Source: an uncultured Verrucomicrobiae bacterium (lineage in GTDB: Bacteria > Verrucomicrobiota > Verrucomicrobiia > Chthoniobacterales > UBA10450). From it: a DNA stretch of 64,000 nt. Position 1 is the stretch's first letter. Every line of letters starts with the position of its first letter. Below, in pieces: positions 40,913 to 50,068 of this stretch. The position numbers were made by a program, and so were the translations under genes. A model generated the notes under the pieces. The model was not told where the DNA came from and did not search any database. It saw nothing but the letters and a program-made list of their open reading frames with translations. The stretch lies in contig CAVYXA010000003.1 of assembly GCA_963772365.1 (NCBI GenBank), forward strand, positions 192,001 through 256,000. The letters run 5' to 3'.

Positions 40913-43072
40913 ATGCAACATAAGGTCACGGCCCAAATCGGGGCTCATCAGGTCTCTATCGAGACAGGCAAAATCGCCAAACTCGCAGACGGCGCAGTAA
41001 TCGTCTCCTGCGAAGACACCGTGGTAATGGTAAGCGCAGTCTCAGCCACCACGATCAAAGAAGGTCAGGATTATTTCCCGCTCACTGTGGATTACCGTGA
41101 AAAAGCGGCCGCCGTGGGAAAATTTCCAGGCGGATATTTCAAGCGTGAAGGTCGCCCTACCGAAAAGGAGACGCTCACTTCACGCATGATCGACAGACCG
41201 CTGCGGCCTCTTTTCCCACAGGGATATTTTTACGATACGCAGATCATCTCGATCTTGCTGAGCGCCGATGGCCAAAATGATCCCGATATTCTGGCGATCA
41301 ACGGTGCTTCGGCAGCGCTCAGCGTTTCCGATATTCCATTTGCCGGGCCGATCGGAGCTGTTCGGGTCGGTCGGGTGAACGGCCAATTCGTTGCCAATCC
41401 AACGCACGATGAGAGGACCGAAAGCGATCTCGATCTGGTTTATGTCGGGACTGAGAACGATGTGATCATGATTGAAGGCGCGGCTAACGAGCTGCCCGAG
41501 GCCGAGTTCGTCAAAGCTCTCGAGTTCGGTCATCAGCATGTGCGCGAAATGATTCGAATCCAAAAGGAGCTGGCTGCGCAAAACGGCAAACCCAAACGCG
41601 AAATGCCGCTCATGCAGGTCAAACCGGAGTTGCTCGAAATTGCCTATAAAGTAGCAGGCGATCGCATTGAAGGTGCGCTTTACACCGCGGGCAAGGTCGC
41701 GCGCAGCAAAGCGGTCGAAGCATTACGCGAAGAAGTGAAGACGTTGATCCTGGCGCAATTTCCGGAAACGGATGCCTTCTCGATTTCACAGGCATTCGAT
41801 TACGTCCAGAAGAAAGCCTTTCGAATCAGCATTCTCGAGAAACAAAAACGGGTGGATGGCCGAGGTTATCAGGATTTGCGTCCGATCAGTTGCGAAGTCG
41901 GTGTGCTACCTCGCTCACACGGTTCCGCGATTTTCCAGCGCGGCGAAACTCAGGCGCTGGCTCTGGCCACCCTCGCGCCGATGGAAGAAGCGCAAATGCT
42001 GGATGCTTACGGGGGCGGCGAGCAATCGAAGCGCTTCATCCTGCATTACAATTTTCCGCCGTTTAGTGTCGGTGAGACGGGTCGGACAGGCGGGCCGGGC
42101 CGGCGTGAAATTGGGCACGGCGCTTTGGCCGAGCGCTCGATCGAGCCGGTTGTTCCCAGCGAAAACGAATTCCGCTATGCGATTCGGATCTCGAGCGAGA
42201 TCATGGAATCGAATGGTTCAACCTCGATGGCCAGCGTATGCGGCGGAATGCTGGCGTTAATGGATGCCGGCGTGCCGATGAAAGAAGTGGTCGCCGGAAT
42301 TTCCATCGGTCTGGTAACCGAGCACGCCGAAGATCGACAGCTGAAACGCTACGAGTTGCTGACCGATATCATCGGCTCGGAAGATCATTTTGGAGACATG
42401 GACTTCAAACTTTGTGGCACCGACAACGGTATTACTGGCTTTCAGCTCGACCTGAAACTGCCAGGAATCAGTCACAAGATTATGGCCGAAGGAATCCAGC
42501 GCGCCAAAGAAGCCCGCAGCAAGATTCTCGAAATCATGCGCGGTGTTATTGCAAAACCGCGAACGGAATTGTCGAAGTACGCGCCACGCATTGAGACAAT
42601 CAAGATCAATCCGGAAAAGATCGGAGCGTTGATCGGCCCCGGCGGTAAAACGATCAAGGGAATCGTGGCCGAAACCGGAGCGGAAATTAACATCGAAGAT
42701 GACGGTTCGGTGCACATCTACGCCACCAGCGGCGAGAGTATGGCCCGCGCGAAAGAAATTATCGGTGGGATGACGCGCGAAATCGAGATCGGAACGACCT
42801 ATCAGGGACGCGTCGTTTCGACCAAGGAATTTGGCGCTTTCGTCGAAGTTTTTCCCGGTAAAGATGGACTGGTCCATATCTCCGAATTGGCAGACTTCCG
42901 CGTCAAGCGCACCGAGGACATCGTCAAAGTCGGCGACGTCGTTTGGGTCAAATGCATCGGCATCGACGACAAAGGCCGGGTAAAACTTTCGCGTAAAGCC
43001 GCCTTAAAGGAACGCGCCGAAGCCGAGACCGGACAACCGGCTGAGCCAGCCTCGGCGCTAGAATCTGCCTAA
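40913..43072 (+). CDS. pnp: Polyribonucleotide nucleotidyltransferase (PNPase)
   Basis: [34 protein letters not shown] and GDMDFK motifs; KH and S1 domains; AGGAAGG SD motif. Confidence 0.97.
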   Translation: MQHKVTAQIGAHQVSIETGKIAKLADGAVIVSCEDTVVMVSAVSATTIKEGQDYFPLTVDYREKAAAVGKFPGGYFKREGRPTEKETLTSRMIDRPLRPLFPQGYFYDTQIISILLSADGQNDPDILAINGASAALSVSDIPFAGPIGAVRVGRVNGQFVANPTHDERTESDLDLVYVGTENDVIMIEGAANELPEAEFVKALEFGHQHVREMIRIQKELAAQNGKPKREMPLMQVKPELLEIAYKVAGDRIEGALYTAGKVARSKAVEALREEVKTLILAQFPETDAFSISQAFDYVQKKAFRISILEKQKRVDGRGYQDLRPISCEVGVLPRSHGSAIFQRGETQALALATLAPMEEAQMLDAYGGGEQSKRFILHYNFPPFSVGETGRTGGPGRREIGHGALAERSIEPVVPSENEFRYAIRISSEIMESNGSTSMASVCGGMLALMDAGVPMKEVVAGISIGLVTEHAEDRQLKRYELLTDIIGSEDHFGDMDFKLCGTDNGITGFQLDLKLPGISHKIMAEGIQRAKEARSKILEIMRGVIAKPRTELSKYAPRIETIKINPEKIGALIGPGGKTIKGIVAETGAEINIEDDGSVHIYATSGESMARAKEIIGGMTREIEIGTTYQGRVVSTKEFGAFVEVFPGKDGLVHISELADFRVKRTEDIVKVGDVVWVKCIGIDDKGRVKLSRKAALKERAEAETGQPAEPASALESA

Positions 43073-43178
43073 CTGCGAATCGTTAAGGTAATAGTTGTCG
43101 GTGACGGTCCGCGGCGCGGCTTGTTAAGGTCAAGCGGGGCGCCTCTTGGATCTGCTCATTCTGCTCTTTGATAATCTA

Positions 43179-43700
43179 ATGCGGCAAATTTGGACGGTCG
43201 GCCATTCAACTCGCAAGATCGACGATTTCATTTCGCTGCTTCACGAAAATGGGATCAAGCTCATTGCGGATGTGCGGATGTTTCCGGGATCGAAACGCTA
43301 TCCGCAGTTTAACAAGGAGACGCTTGCCATGTCATTGAACGAGCAGGGAATCCGCTACCAGCACTTCCCGGAACTCGGCGGCCGGCGAAAATCCCGATCG
43401 GATTCCCGGAACACCGCGTGGCGCAACGAATCATTCCGCGGTTATGCTGATTACATGGAGACGGAAGAATTTCGCGATGGCATCTCACGTCTCCTGAATC
43501 AACCTGGTCCGACCGCAATCATGTGCGCGGAAGCGGTTTGGTGGCGCTGTCATCGGTCTTTGATCTCCGATTTTCTGAAGGCGCGCGATGTTTCGGTCCT
43601 GCACATTGTCGATGCGGGCAAAACGCAGCCGCATCCGTACACCTCGGCGGCCCGAATTGTGAACGGCCAATTATGTTACGCTGCGGAATCGCTTCTTTGA
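43179..43700 (+). CDS. DUF488 family protein
   Basis: WTVGHS, DVRMFPGS, LGGRR and MCAEAVWWRCHR motifs. Confidence 0.9.
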   Translation: MRQIWTVGHSTRKIDDFISLLHENGIKLIADVRMFPGSKRYPQFNKETLAMSLNEQGIRYQHFPELGGRRKSRSDSRNTAWRNESFRGYADYMETEEFRDGISRLLNQPGPTAIMCAEAVWWRCHRSLISDFLKARDVSVLHIVDAGKTQPHPYTSAARIVNGQLCYAAESLL

Positions 43701-43702
43701 AC

Positions 43703-45244
43703 CTAGGTCAGCTGCAAATACGGCAGCAGCCCTTGCAATCCGCCTTCGCGGCCGTAGCCGCTTTCCTTGTATCCGCCGAATGGGCTCGTCGGATCGAATT
43801 TGTTGTACGTGTTCGCCCAAACCACGCCGGCCCGAAGTTGCTTCACGATTTTGAAGATCTTGCTCCCTTTATCTGTCCAAACACCCGCGCTTAGTCCATA
43901 CGGCGTATTATTGGCGCGCTCGATTGCTTCTTCCGGCGTGCGAAATGTCATCACGCTCAGGACAGGTCCGAAAATTTCCTCCTGGGCGATTCGATGCGAT
44001 GCGGCCACGCCGGTAAAGAAACTCGGCGGATACCAATAACCTTTTGCCGGCAATCGAACATTGGACTGGACCAGTTCGGCGCCCTGTTTCAGACCGCTCT
44101 CTACCAGTTCGCAAATTTTGTCGAGCTGCTTTCGCGAATTAATCGCTCCGATATCGGTGTTCTTGTCCAGTGGATCCCCCACGCGCAAGGTGGCGATCCG
44201 GTCGCGCAGTTTCCGTATCACCGCCGGGAAAACTCCTTCCTGTACAAACAAACGTGAGCCTGCGCAACAAACGTGGCCCTGGTTGAAATAGATCCCAGAA
44301 ATGATGCCTTCAACGGCTTGGTCGATCGGCGCGTCTTCAAAAATGATGTTGGCCGCTTTTCCTCCAAGCTCGAGGGTCAATTTCTTTTTCGTCCCGGCAA
44401 TGGATTGACGTATGCGTTTCCCGACCTCTGTCGATCCGGTGAATGCGATTTTGTCGATGTCGGGATGATCGACAATCACTTGGCCGGTTTCGCCAGCGCC
44501 GGTGACAACGTTTACCACTCCATCGGGAAGATCCGCCTGCTGAAATATCTCCATCAGATGCATGGCGGTGATGCTGGTCGTCTCCGCCGGTTTCAACAGG
44601 TAGGTATTTCCGCACGCCAGTGCCGGCGCAAGTTTCCAAGCAGCCATCAGCAACGGGAAATTCCACGGGATGATTTGCCCCGCCACTCCTAACGGGCGCG
44701 GCGACCGTCCGGGAAAAGCGTAATCGAGTTTATCCGCCCAACCTGCGTGATAAAAAAAATGCGCAGCCACGAGAGGCAGATCGACGTCGCGCGATTCCTT
44801 GATGGTTTTGCCGCCATCCATCGTTTCGAGTACCGCGAGTTCGCGCGATTTCTCCTGAATCAAGCGCGCAATTCTATAGAGATACTTGCCTCGTTCCCGT
44901 CCGGGCATTTTGCTCCAGAGTTTTTCATAAGCGCGTCGAGCCGATCTCACGGCAAGATCGACATCGCGCTGACCGGCTTCGGCGATCTCCGCCAGCTTTT
45001 CCTCCGTGGCCGGGTTGATGGAATCGAAATACCTGCCGGAGCGGGGCGCGACAAATTTGCCGTTGATAAACAGTTTATATCTTGGCTGAAGCTTAATGTA
45101 ATTACTCGCTTCTGGAGCCGGCGCGTAGCTCCAACGCTCGCCGAAATTCAAGCGGCGTTCGCCAAGCGGCACAGGCATCCGCCTGTGATCAGCATTCTTT
45201 TCCGCTCGCATTGCAATCGTAACATCGCTGTTTTTGCGGCCCAT
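43703..45244 (-). CDS. Aldehyde dehydrogenase family protein (start uncertain)
   Basis: IIPWNFP, KPAE, FTGSTEVG, LELGGK, GHVCCAG and EEIFGPV motifs. Confidence 0.93.
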   Translation of the reverse strand: MGRKNSDVTIAMRAEKNADHRRMPVPLGERRLNFGERWSYAPAPEASNYIKLQPRYKLFINGKFVAPRSGRYFDSINPATEEKLAEIAEAGQRDVDLAVRSARRAYEKLWSKMPGRERGKYLYRIARLIQEKSRELAVLETMDGGKTIKESRDVDLPLVAAHFFYHAGWADKLDYAFPGRSPRPLGVAGQIIPWNFPLLMAAWKLAPALACGNTYLLKPAETTSITAMHLMEIFQQADLPDGVVNVVTGAGETGQVIVDHPDIDKIAFTGSTEVGKRIRQSIAGTKKKLTLELGGKAANIIFEDAPIDQAVEGIISGIYFNQGHVCCAGSRLFVQEGVFPAVIRKLRDRIATLRVGDPLDKNTDIGAINSRKQLDKICELVESGLKQGAELVQSNVRLPAKGYWYPPSFFTGVAASHRIAQEEIFGPVLSVMTFRTPEEAIERANNTPYGLSAGVWTDKGSKIFKIVKQLRAGVVWANTYNKFDPTSPFGGYKESGYGREGGLQGLLPYLQLT

Positions 45245-45260
45245 CGAGTCGATGCCAGTT

Positions 45261-45320
45261 GTAGTCAGCTTCCTACGTGTGCGCACGCAAAAAAGTGCGC
45301 AGCCGGTGGGCATTCGTTAC
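45261..45320. repeat. Degenerate GTAG-type REP pair
   Basis: GTAGTCAGC...TGCGCAC faces GTGCGCA...GTTAC. Confidence 0.4.
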
Positions 45321-45324
45321 GGCA

Positions 45325-45786
45325 TTAGCTCTTCGAGTCCCTCGATTGGACTTTGATATCGCCGTCCCGAGATCTTTTGTGCAGACGCTTGAATTCGTGT
45401 TCGAGTTTCTGGAGCTCTTCATCAGAGAGTTCTTCGAGATCGACCAGCTTGTTGCGCGCGCCTTTCATTGCCCGGATCAACTCATCGAGTTTCAAGTGGA
45501 CTGCTTTGGCGTCCCGGTTTTGCGTATTTTGAATCAGAAACACCATCAGGAATGTCACGATCGTCGTGCCGGTATTGATGATGAGTTGCCATGTATCGGA
45601 AAAATGGAAGACCGGCCCGGTGACGCCCCAAGCCAAAATAATCAAAACAGCAAAAACAAAGGCCCAGGCTGTGCCTAACGCGCTGGAGGTTCGCTGGGCG
45701 AAATGCCGAAAAGCATCGCGGATTTTGCAAAATACATCCCGATTCGCTGGTTGTTCGCCGGCCGATGTCCTTTTCGCTTTGGCCAT
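45325..45786 (-). CDS. Low-affinity iron permease (Fet4-like) family protein
   Basis: FSDTWQLIINTGTTIVTFLMVFLIQNTQNRD...KLDELI signature. Confidence 0.92.
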   Translation of the reverse strand: MAKAKRTSAGEQPANRDVFCKIRDAFRHFAQRTSSALGTAWAFVFAVLIILAWGVTGPVFHFSDTWQLIINTGTTIVTFLMVFLIQNTQNRDAKAVHLKLDELIRAMKGARNKLVDLEELSDEELQKLEHEFKRLHKRSRDGDIKVQSRDSKS

Positions 45787-45854
45787 ATGATTTCCACATC
45801 ATTTCGCGGAGAAAACCTCTTTTGCGCGCATCGAAGGTGAAGTATCGGAGGAAT

Positions 45855-46697
45855 ATGCGCTTCGGGACGCATCTAAATCTGGATGATGCCTGGCCTGACG
45901 ACGCGCTCGGTTTGCCAGTATTGGAAGCAAGAAGCTGGGGACCAAAGCTTCGTTTTTCCGCTCCGCCGCGTTTGGTTGAGAATTTCTATCGCGATTACGC
46001 GCCGCGCATCGCCCCTTTCGTTATCTACGGCTCCGGTGATTTCCATTACCTGACCGCGCTTTGGTTGCGCCGCCTTGTCGATCCTACAGTTGTCATTTCG
46101 TTCGATAATCATCCTGACTGGGATATTCGGCCTCCGAGATGGGGTTGCGGCGGCTGGGTGAATCGGGCTCTGGAGTTACCGCACGTGCAAAAGGTCAGCG
46201 TGTGGGGTTGTGGGAACTTCGAATGCTGGTGGCCGCACCAGATTTTTGGAAATCGCAGGGCCGAACGCGTCGGCAAACTGGAAGTGCATCCATGGGCAGA
46301 TGATCGGCCGGCAAAGGATCGAGAACGCCGGGGAGCCATTCTGAGGGAAAGCTGGCAGCTGCTTTTCGAAGGTTTCATTCGAGATGCCAGAGACGCGGAC
46401 GTTTATGTCACCATCGACATCGATTGTCTCCGAGCGGACGAAGCTGTCACAAACTGGGAGAGCGGGCGGTTTACCGTTGTCGATCTTGTTTGGGCATTGA
46501 AGAAACTGCGCGAGCATTGCCGGATCGTGGCGGGCGATATTTGCGGCGCATTCTCTCAACCCGCTTATGCCCGCTGGAAACAACGTTTTGCCGGCGAATT
46601 CGATCATCCAAAAATCGATCGCCCGAAGCCGGCAGAGATCCGGCGAATCAATTTGGATACGCTCCAGAGCCTCTGGCCTATTTTGGACAGCCGATGA
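45855..46697 (+). CDS. Arginase/ureohydrolase-fold protein
   Basis: GSGDFHY, FDNHPD and YVTIDIDC metal-binding motifs; GGAGG SD motif. Confidence 0.8.
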   Translation: MRFGTHLNLDDAWPDDALGLPVLEARSWGPKLRFSAPPRLVENFYRDYAPRIAPFVIYGSGDFHYLTALWLRRLVDPTVVISFDNHPDWDIRPPRWGCGGWVNRALELPHVQKVSVWGCGNFECWWPHQIFGNRRAERVGKLEVHPWADDRPAKDRERRGAILRESWQLLFEGFIRDARDADVYVTIDIDCLRADEAVTNWESGRFTVVDLVWALKKLREHCRIVAGDICGAFSQPAYARWKQRFAGEFDHPKIDRPKPAEIRRINLDTLQSLWPILDSR

Positions 46698-46876
46698 GAT
46701 ATCGCTACAGCGATTCCGTAAGCATCTTTGCGACTTTGGCAATCATGCCGGCCGATTATCGCCGGTTGTTGTCGATCCTGCTTGTCGCCAACGTTCCAGT
46801 AGCTTTCTTGAGATAACGGCGACGCTCGCAGAGCGCCGCTACAGTTACCAGCATGGCCTCGGCGATAGCGCTCTAC
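46686..46876 (-). repeat. Cluster of GTAG-type REP-like palindromes between convergent genes
   Basis: Minus-strand GTAGCGGCGCTCTGCGAGCGTCG (46820-46842), plus degenerate copies with CTAC ends at ~46708 and 46876. Confidence 0.65.
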
Positions 46877-47340
46877 CACCTGTGATAGGCGGGATGACCT
46901 TCCTTCACCGCTACGAAAACGCCGCGGCACGTCGCGCAAATCTTCCCGCCGGCGGTCAATGTTCCTTCGATCGTCGCCCGATCATTCGTAAGATCGACAA
47001 CTTTTGCTGAGAGATTGACGGGGCCATCTGTCGGAGTCGGACGGAGAAGCTTGATCGAATACTCTGCCGTCACGGTGCATGGAACCCGATCTTCGCCGGA
47101 GCGTTTCATCAAGTGATATGCCGCCGTCCAGTTGCAATGGCAGTCGAGCAACGTGCCGATGATACCGCCATTCAATACACCTGGGAAAGCTTCGTATTTC
47201 TTCTGCGGTTTCCATTCCGCGACCACTTCATCGCCCTTTGGGAAACTCCGGATGCGCAGGCCTTCGGCATTGGCCGGGCCGCATCCCCAGCACGAGTTGT
47301 TAGGCGCATACTTTTCCTGGAGCGATTTCGAGTCGTTCAT
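46873..47340 (-). CDS. PaaI/hotdog-fold thioesterase
   Basis: CWGCGPAN, GVLNGGIIGTLLD and VTAEYSIKLLRPTP motifs. Confidence 0.9.
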   Translation of the reverse strand: MNDSKSLQEKYAPNNSCWGCGPANAEGLRIRSFPKGDEVVAEWKPQKKYEAFPGVLNGGIIGTLLDCHCNWTAAYHLMKRSGEDRVPCTVTAEYSIKLLRPTPTDGPVNLSAKVVDLTNDRATIEGTLTAGGKICATCRGVFVAVKEGHPAYHRW

Positions 47341-47427
47341 TAATTCTTCCTCTCCCGCTTCCTCTTAATCTTTGTTCGGTTCTCTTTGGGCAACAGAAGA
47401 AGCAGAGGAAGAGGTAGCGGAAGATTA
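47341..47427. repeat. Imperfect palindrome built from hexamer units
   Basis: TAATTCTTCCTCTCCCGCTTCCTCTT faces AGAGGAAGAGGTAGCGGAAGATTA. Confidence 0.65.
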
Positions 47428-48555
47428 TTTCGGCACACTCGTATAAGGCCGCAACTTGGGTCCCGTGTAAAGCGAGCGCGGCCGGATCAACCGATTGTGA
47501 TCCTGTTGTTCGACGACGTGCGCGCACCACCCGGCGACGCGCGAGGCGGCGAAGATCGGCGTGTTCAGTTCCGGCGCGAACCCAAGCATCGTAAATACCG
47601 GTGCGGCGTAAAGATCGACATTGGCGCACAAGTGCTTCTCGCGATCCATCACTTCTTCCAACTTTTCGCAGATGGGAATCCAGTTCTCCTTACCAGTGCG
47701 CTTTCCAAGATCGCGGCCGATCTCGCGCATGATTGGCACCCGCGAGTCGCCCTTTTTATAAACGCGATGACCAAACCCCATGATTTTACCTTTTTCCGCC
47801 AGCCTCTTCATCAACCATGCTTCCGCGCGATCAGGCGTTTTGATTTCATCTAGCATCTTCATCGATTCTTCGTTCGCGCCGCCATGCAATGGTCCTTTGA
47901 GTGTGCCGCAAGCAGAAGTCACCGCGGCGTAAATGTCGGCCAAAGTCGAAGCGGTCACGCGCGCCGCGAAAGTGGAGGCGTTGAACTCATGATCCGCGTA
48001 CAAAATGTAAATCGTGTCCAGCATCCGGATTTGCCATGTTTCTGGGACTTTTCCGGTCAGCTTGTAAAAGAAAGTTCCGGACTGAGTGAGACTCGTTTTT
48101 TCCGGCAACGGTTCTTCGCCCTTCGCGATTCGCCAGCTATCGGTGGCGAGAGTAGAGACGCGCGCGATCAGTCGGATCGATTTGCGAATATTCGCATCGT
48201 GCGAATGGTCGTTGAGATCTTCGTCGAACGCGCCCAGCATCGACACACCGGTGCGCAGCATGTCCATCGGATGAGTATCGCGCGGCATTAATCGCAGCAT
48301 TTTTACGAGCGGCGCCGGCAACTCGCGCTGGGTCGCAATCTCGCGATTGAATTTTGCCAGTTGCTCGAAATTCGGCAGCTCGCCGTTCAACAGCAGATAA
48401 GCCACTTCTTCAAAGCTGGCTTTCTCCGCCATGTCGTGAATGTCGTAACCGCGATACATCAAACCGGCATTGGGATCGACCCAGCAAATTGCCGTCTCGC
48501 CCGCGATCACTCCGGCCAGACCCGGGCTGTATTCTGGTTTTGTTTCGGTAGCCAT
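47425..48555 (-). CDS. prpC: 2-methylcitrate synthase (citrate synthase family)
   Basis: YRGYDI, ADHEFNASTF, GPLHGGANE, MGFGHRVY and NVDLY motifs; clustered with prpB and prpD. Confidence 0.88.
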   Translation of the reverse strand: MATETKPEYSPGLAGVIAGETAICWVDPNAGLMYRGYDIHDMAEKASFEEVAYLLLNGELPNFEQLAKFNREIATQRELPAPLVKMLRLMPRDTHPMDMLRTGVSMLGAFDEDLNDHSHDANIRKSIRLIARVSTLATDSWRIAKGEEPLPEKTSLTQSGTFFYKLTGKVPETWQIRMLDTIYILYADHEFNASTFAARVTASTLADIYAAVTSACGTLKGPLHGGANEESMKMLDEIKTPDRAEAWLMKRLAEKGKIMGFGHRVYKKGDSRVPIMREIGRDLGKRTGKENWIPICEKLEEVMDREKHLCANVDLYAAPVFTMLGFAPELNTPIFAASRVAGWCAHVVEQQDHNRLIRPRSLYTGPKLRPYTSVPK

Positions 48556-48650
48556 TGGTTTGTTCTCTTTACTCGTGAACGGCAAACGTTCAACGTTATA
48601 AGGGAAGGATTTCGAAAAACCCAAACGCGGGAGCGCCCGCCAGTGTCATC

Positions 48651-48986
48651 CTACTTGAGAGGATATTTTTCATCCCAAGTTGCCGGTCCTCTAATACCAG
48701 GACGGCCTGCACCCGGAATGTGACTGCCGAAGCCTGAGCCATTCCATTCCGGCCTGTAATGCCCGATCAAATGATGCTCTGCGTAGTGAACCCATTCCTC
48801 GGAGATGATAAGGAATCGGCACTGCATATGCGAAAGTTTGATGTTTTTCCTACCGCCAATCTTTCTGGCATGTTCTGCAAACCGTCGCTTTAGGTTGCTT
48901 CCTCGCGCCGCTTTCCCCAAATATACAAGGTCACCGTTGAGATACAGTGTTCCATTTCTTCGCGCACCAAAGTCTTGATATGGCGA
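48651..48986 (-). pseudogene. N-terminally truncated GIY-YIG endonuclease, Eco29kI-like
   Basis: LYLNGDLVYLGKA...RRFAEH...CRF...AEHHLI...PEWNGSGFGSHIPGAGR; the first G-x-Y strand is missing and there is an in-frame stop just upstream. Confidence 0.7.
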
Positions 48987-49092
48987 TCACCGGCCCTCCG
49001 TTTCCTTCCTTGAGCAGCTTGCGGTCGCATCTTTAAAACAAATTAGTCAGGTTGAAATTCTACGCGAGCAAAATGCAACCCCCGACAAATGG

Positions 49093-49956
49093 TCAGTCGC
49101 CATGGCTCGGCCATTTTTCTGCGGCAGGATCGTAATCGAGCAGATCGTAAAGTTCCTGCCGTTTCTGCATCTGGTCGATCCAGTCCGTTTGAGTGCCGCT
49201 CGCCTTCAGGGCGCGCAGAAATTCGCCGCTGGCTTTCATGGAAACACGAAATGCACTTTGAGGAAAAATCACCATCTGATAACCGAGGCCGGCCAGATTT
49301 TGAAACGAAAGAAGCGGACTTTTGCCAAACTCGGTCATATTCGCGAGCAATGGCACATTGAGTTCGCGCGCGAACCGTTTGAATTCGACCGGACTCTGGA
49401 GCGCTTCGGGAAAAATCGCGTCGGCGCCGGCCTCGATATAACTTTCCGCCCGTTTCAGCGCACCGTCGAAATCTTCCACCGCCCGCGCGTCCGTCCGCGC
49501 GATGATCATGAAATTGGGGTCGCGCTTCGCCGCCACCGCCGCTTTGATTCGGGCAACCATTTCATCAACATCGACAATCGACTTGCCGGCGAGATGTCCG
49601 CAGCGTTTGGGAAATTCCTGGTCCTCGATGTGGCAACCGGCCAGGCCTACGGCTTCCAGCTCGCAAATCGTGCGGGCGATATTTTCCGCGCCGCCAAATC
49701 CGGTATCGGCATCCACAATCGCCGGAATTTTCACCGCGCTCGCGATGTAACCGGCGAGCCGCGCGACTTCTGTCAGTGTCAGGAGACCAATGTCCGGTAC
49801 GCCCGCAGTCGCGTTGGCCATTCCCGCGCCGCTGATATAAACGGCGTCGAATCCAGCTTGTTCGACCTGGCGGGCCATCGCTGCATTGGGTACGCCAGGC
49901 ATCATGACCGCGCTATTGGCGATTAGCTCACGCAATCGAGAAGTCTTCGAGCTCAT
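49093..49956 (-). CDS. prpB: Methylisocitrate lyase
   Basis: VDADTGFG, IEDQEFPKRCGH, ARTDA and LANMTEFGKSP motifs. Confidence 0.92.
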   Translation of the reverse strand: MSSKTSRLRELIANSAVMMPGVPNAAMARQVEQAGFDAVYISGAGMANATAGVPDIGLLTLTEVARLAGYIASAVKIPAIVDADTGFGGAENIARTICELEAVGLAGCHIEDQEFPKRCGHLAGKSIVDVDEMVARIKAAVAAKRDPNFMIIARTDARAVEDFDGALKRAESYIEAGADAIFPEALQSPVEFKRFARELNVPLLANMTEFGKSPLLSFQNLAGLGYQMVIFPQSAFRVSMKASGEFLRALKASGTQTDWIDQMQKRQELYDLLDYDPAAEKWPSHGD

Positions 49957-49962
49957 GTTAAC

Positions 49963-50067
49963 GGAACACGGGCATGTTGCCTGTGTGGCCATCGGACATT
50001 TTGTCCGGTGTTTCCGATTCGCCGGAGTAAAACTCCGCCGGCCGCACAGATTGAAAATCCGCGTTCC
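49963..50067. repeat. Compound palindromic element (GGAAC...GTTCC) with nested hairpins
   Basis: Hairpins CACGGGCA-tgt-TGCCTGTG, CGGACA-ttt-TGTCCG and CGGAGT-aaa-ACTCCG; outer arms are mutually inverted. Confidence 0.8.
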
Positions 50068-50068
50068 T

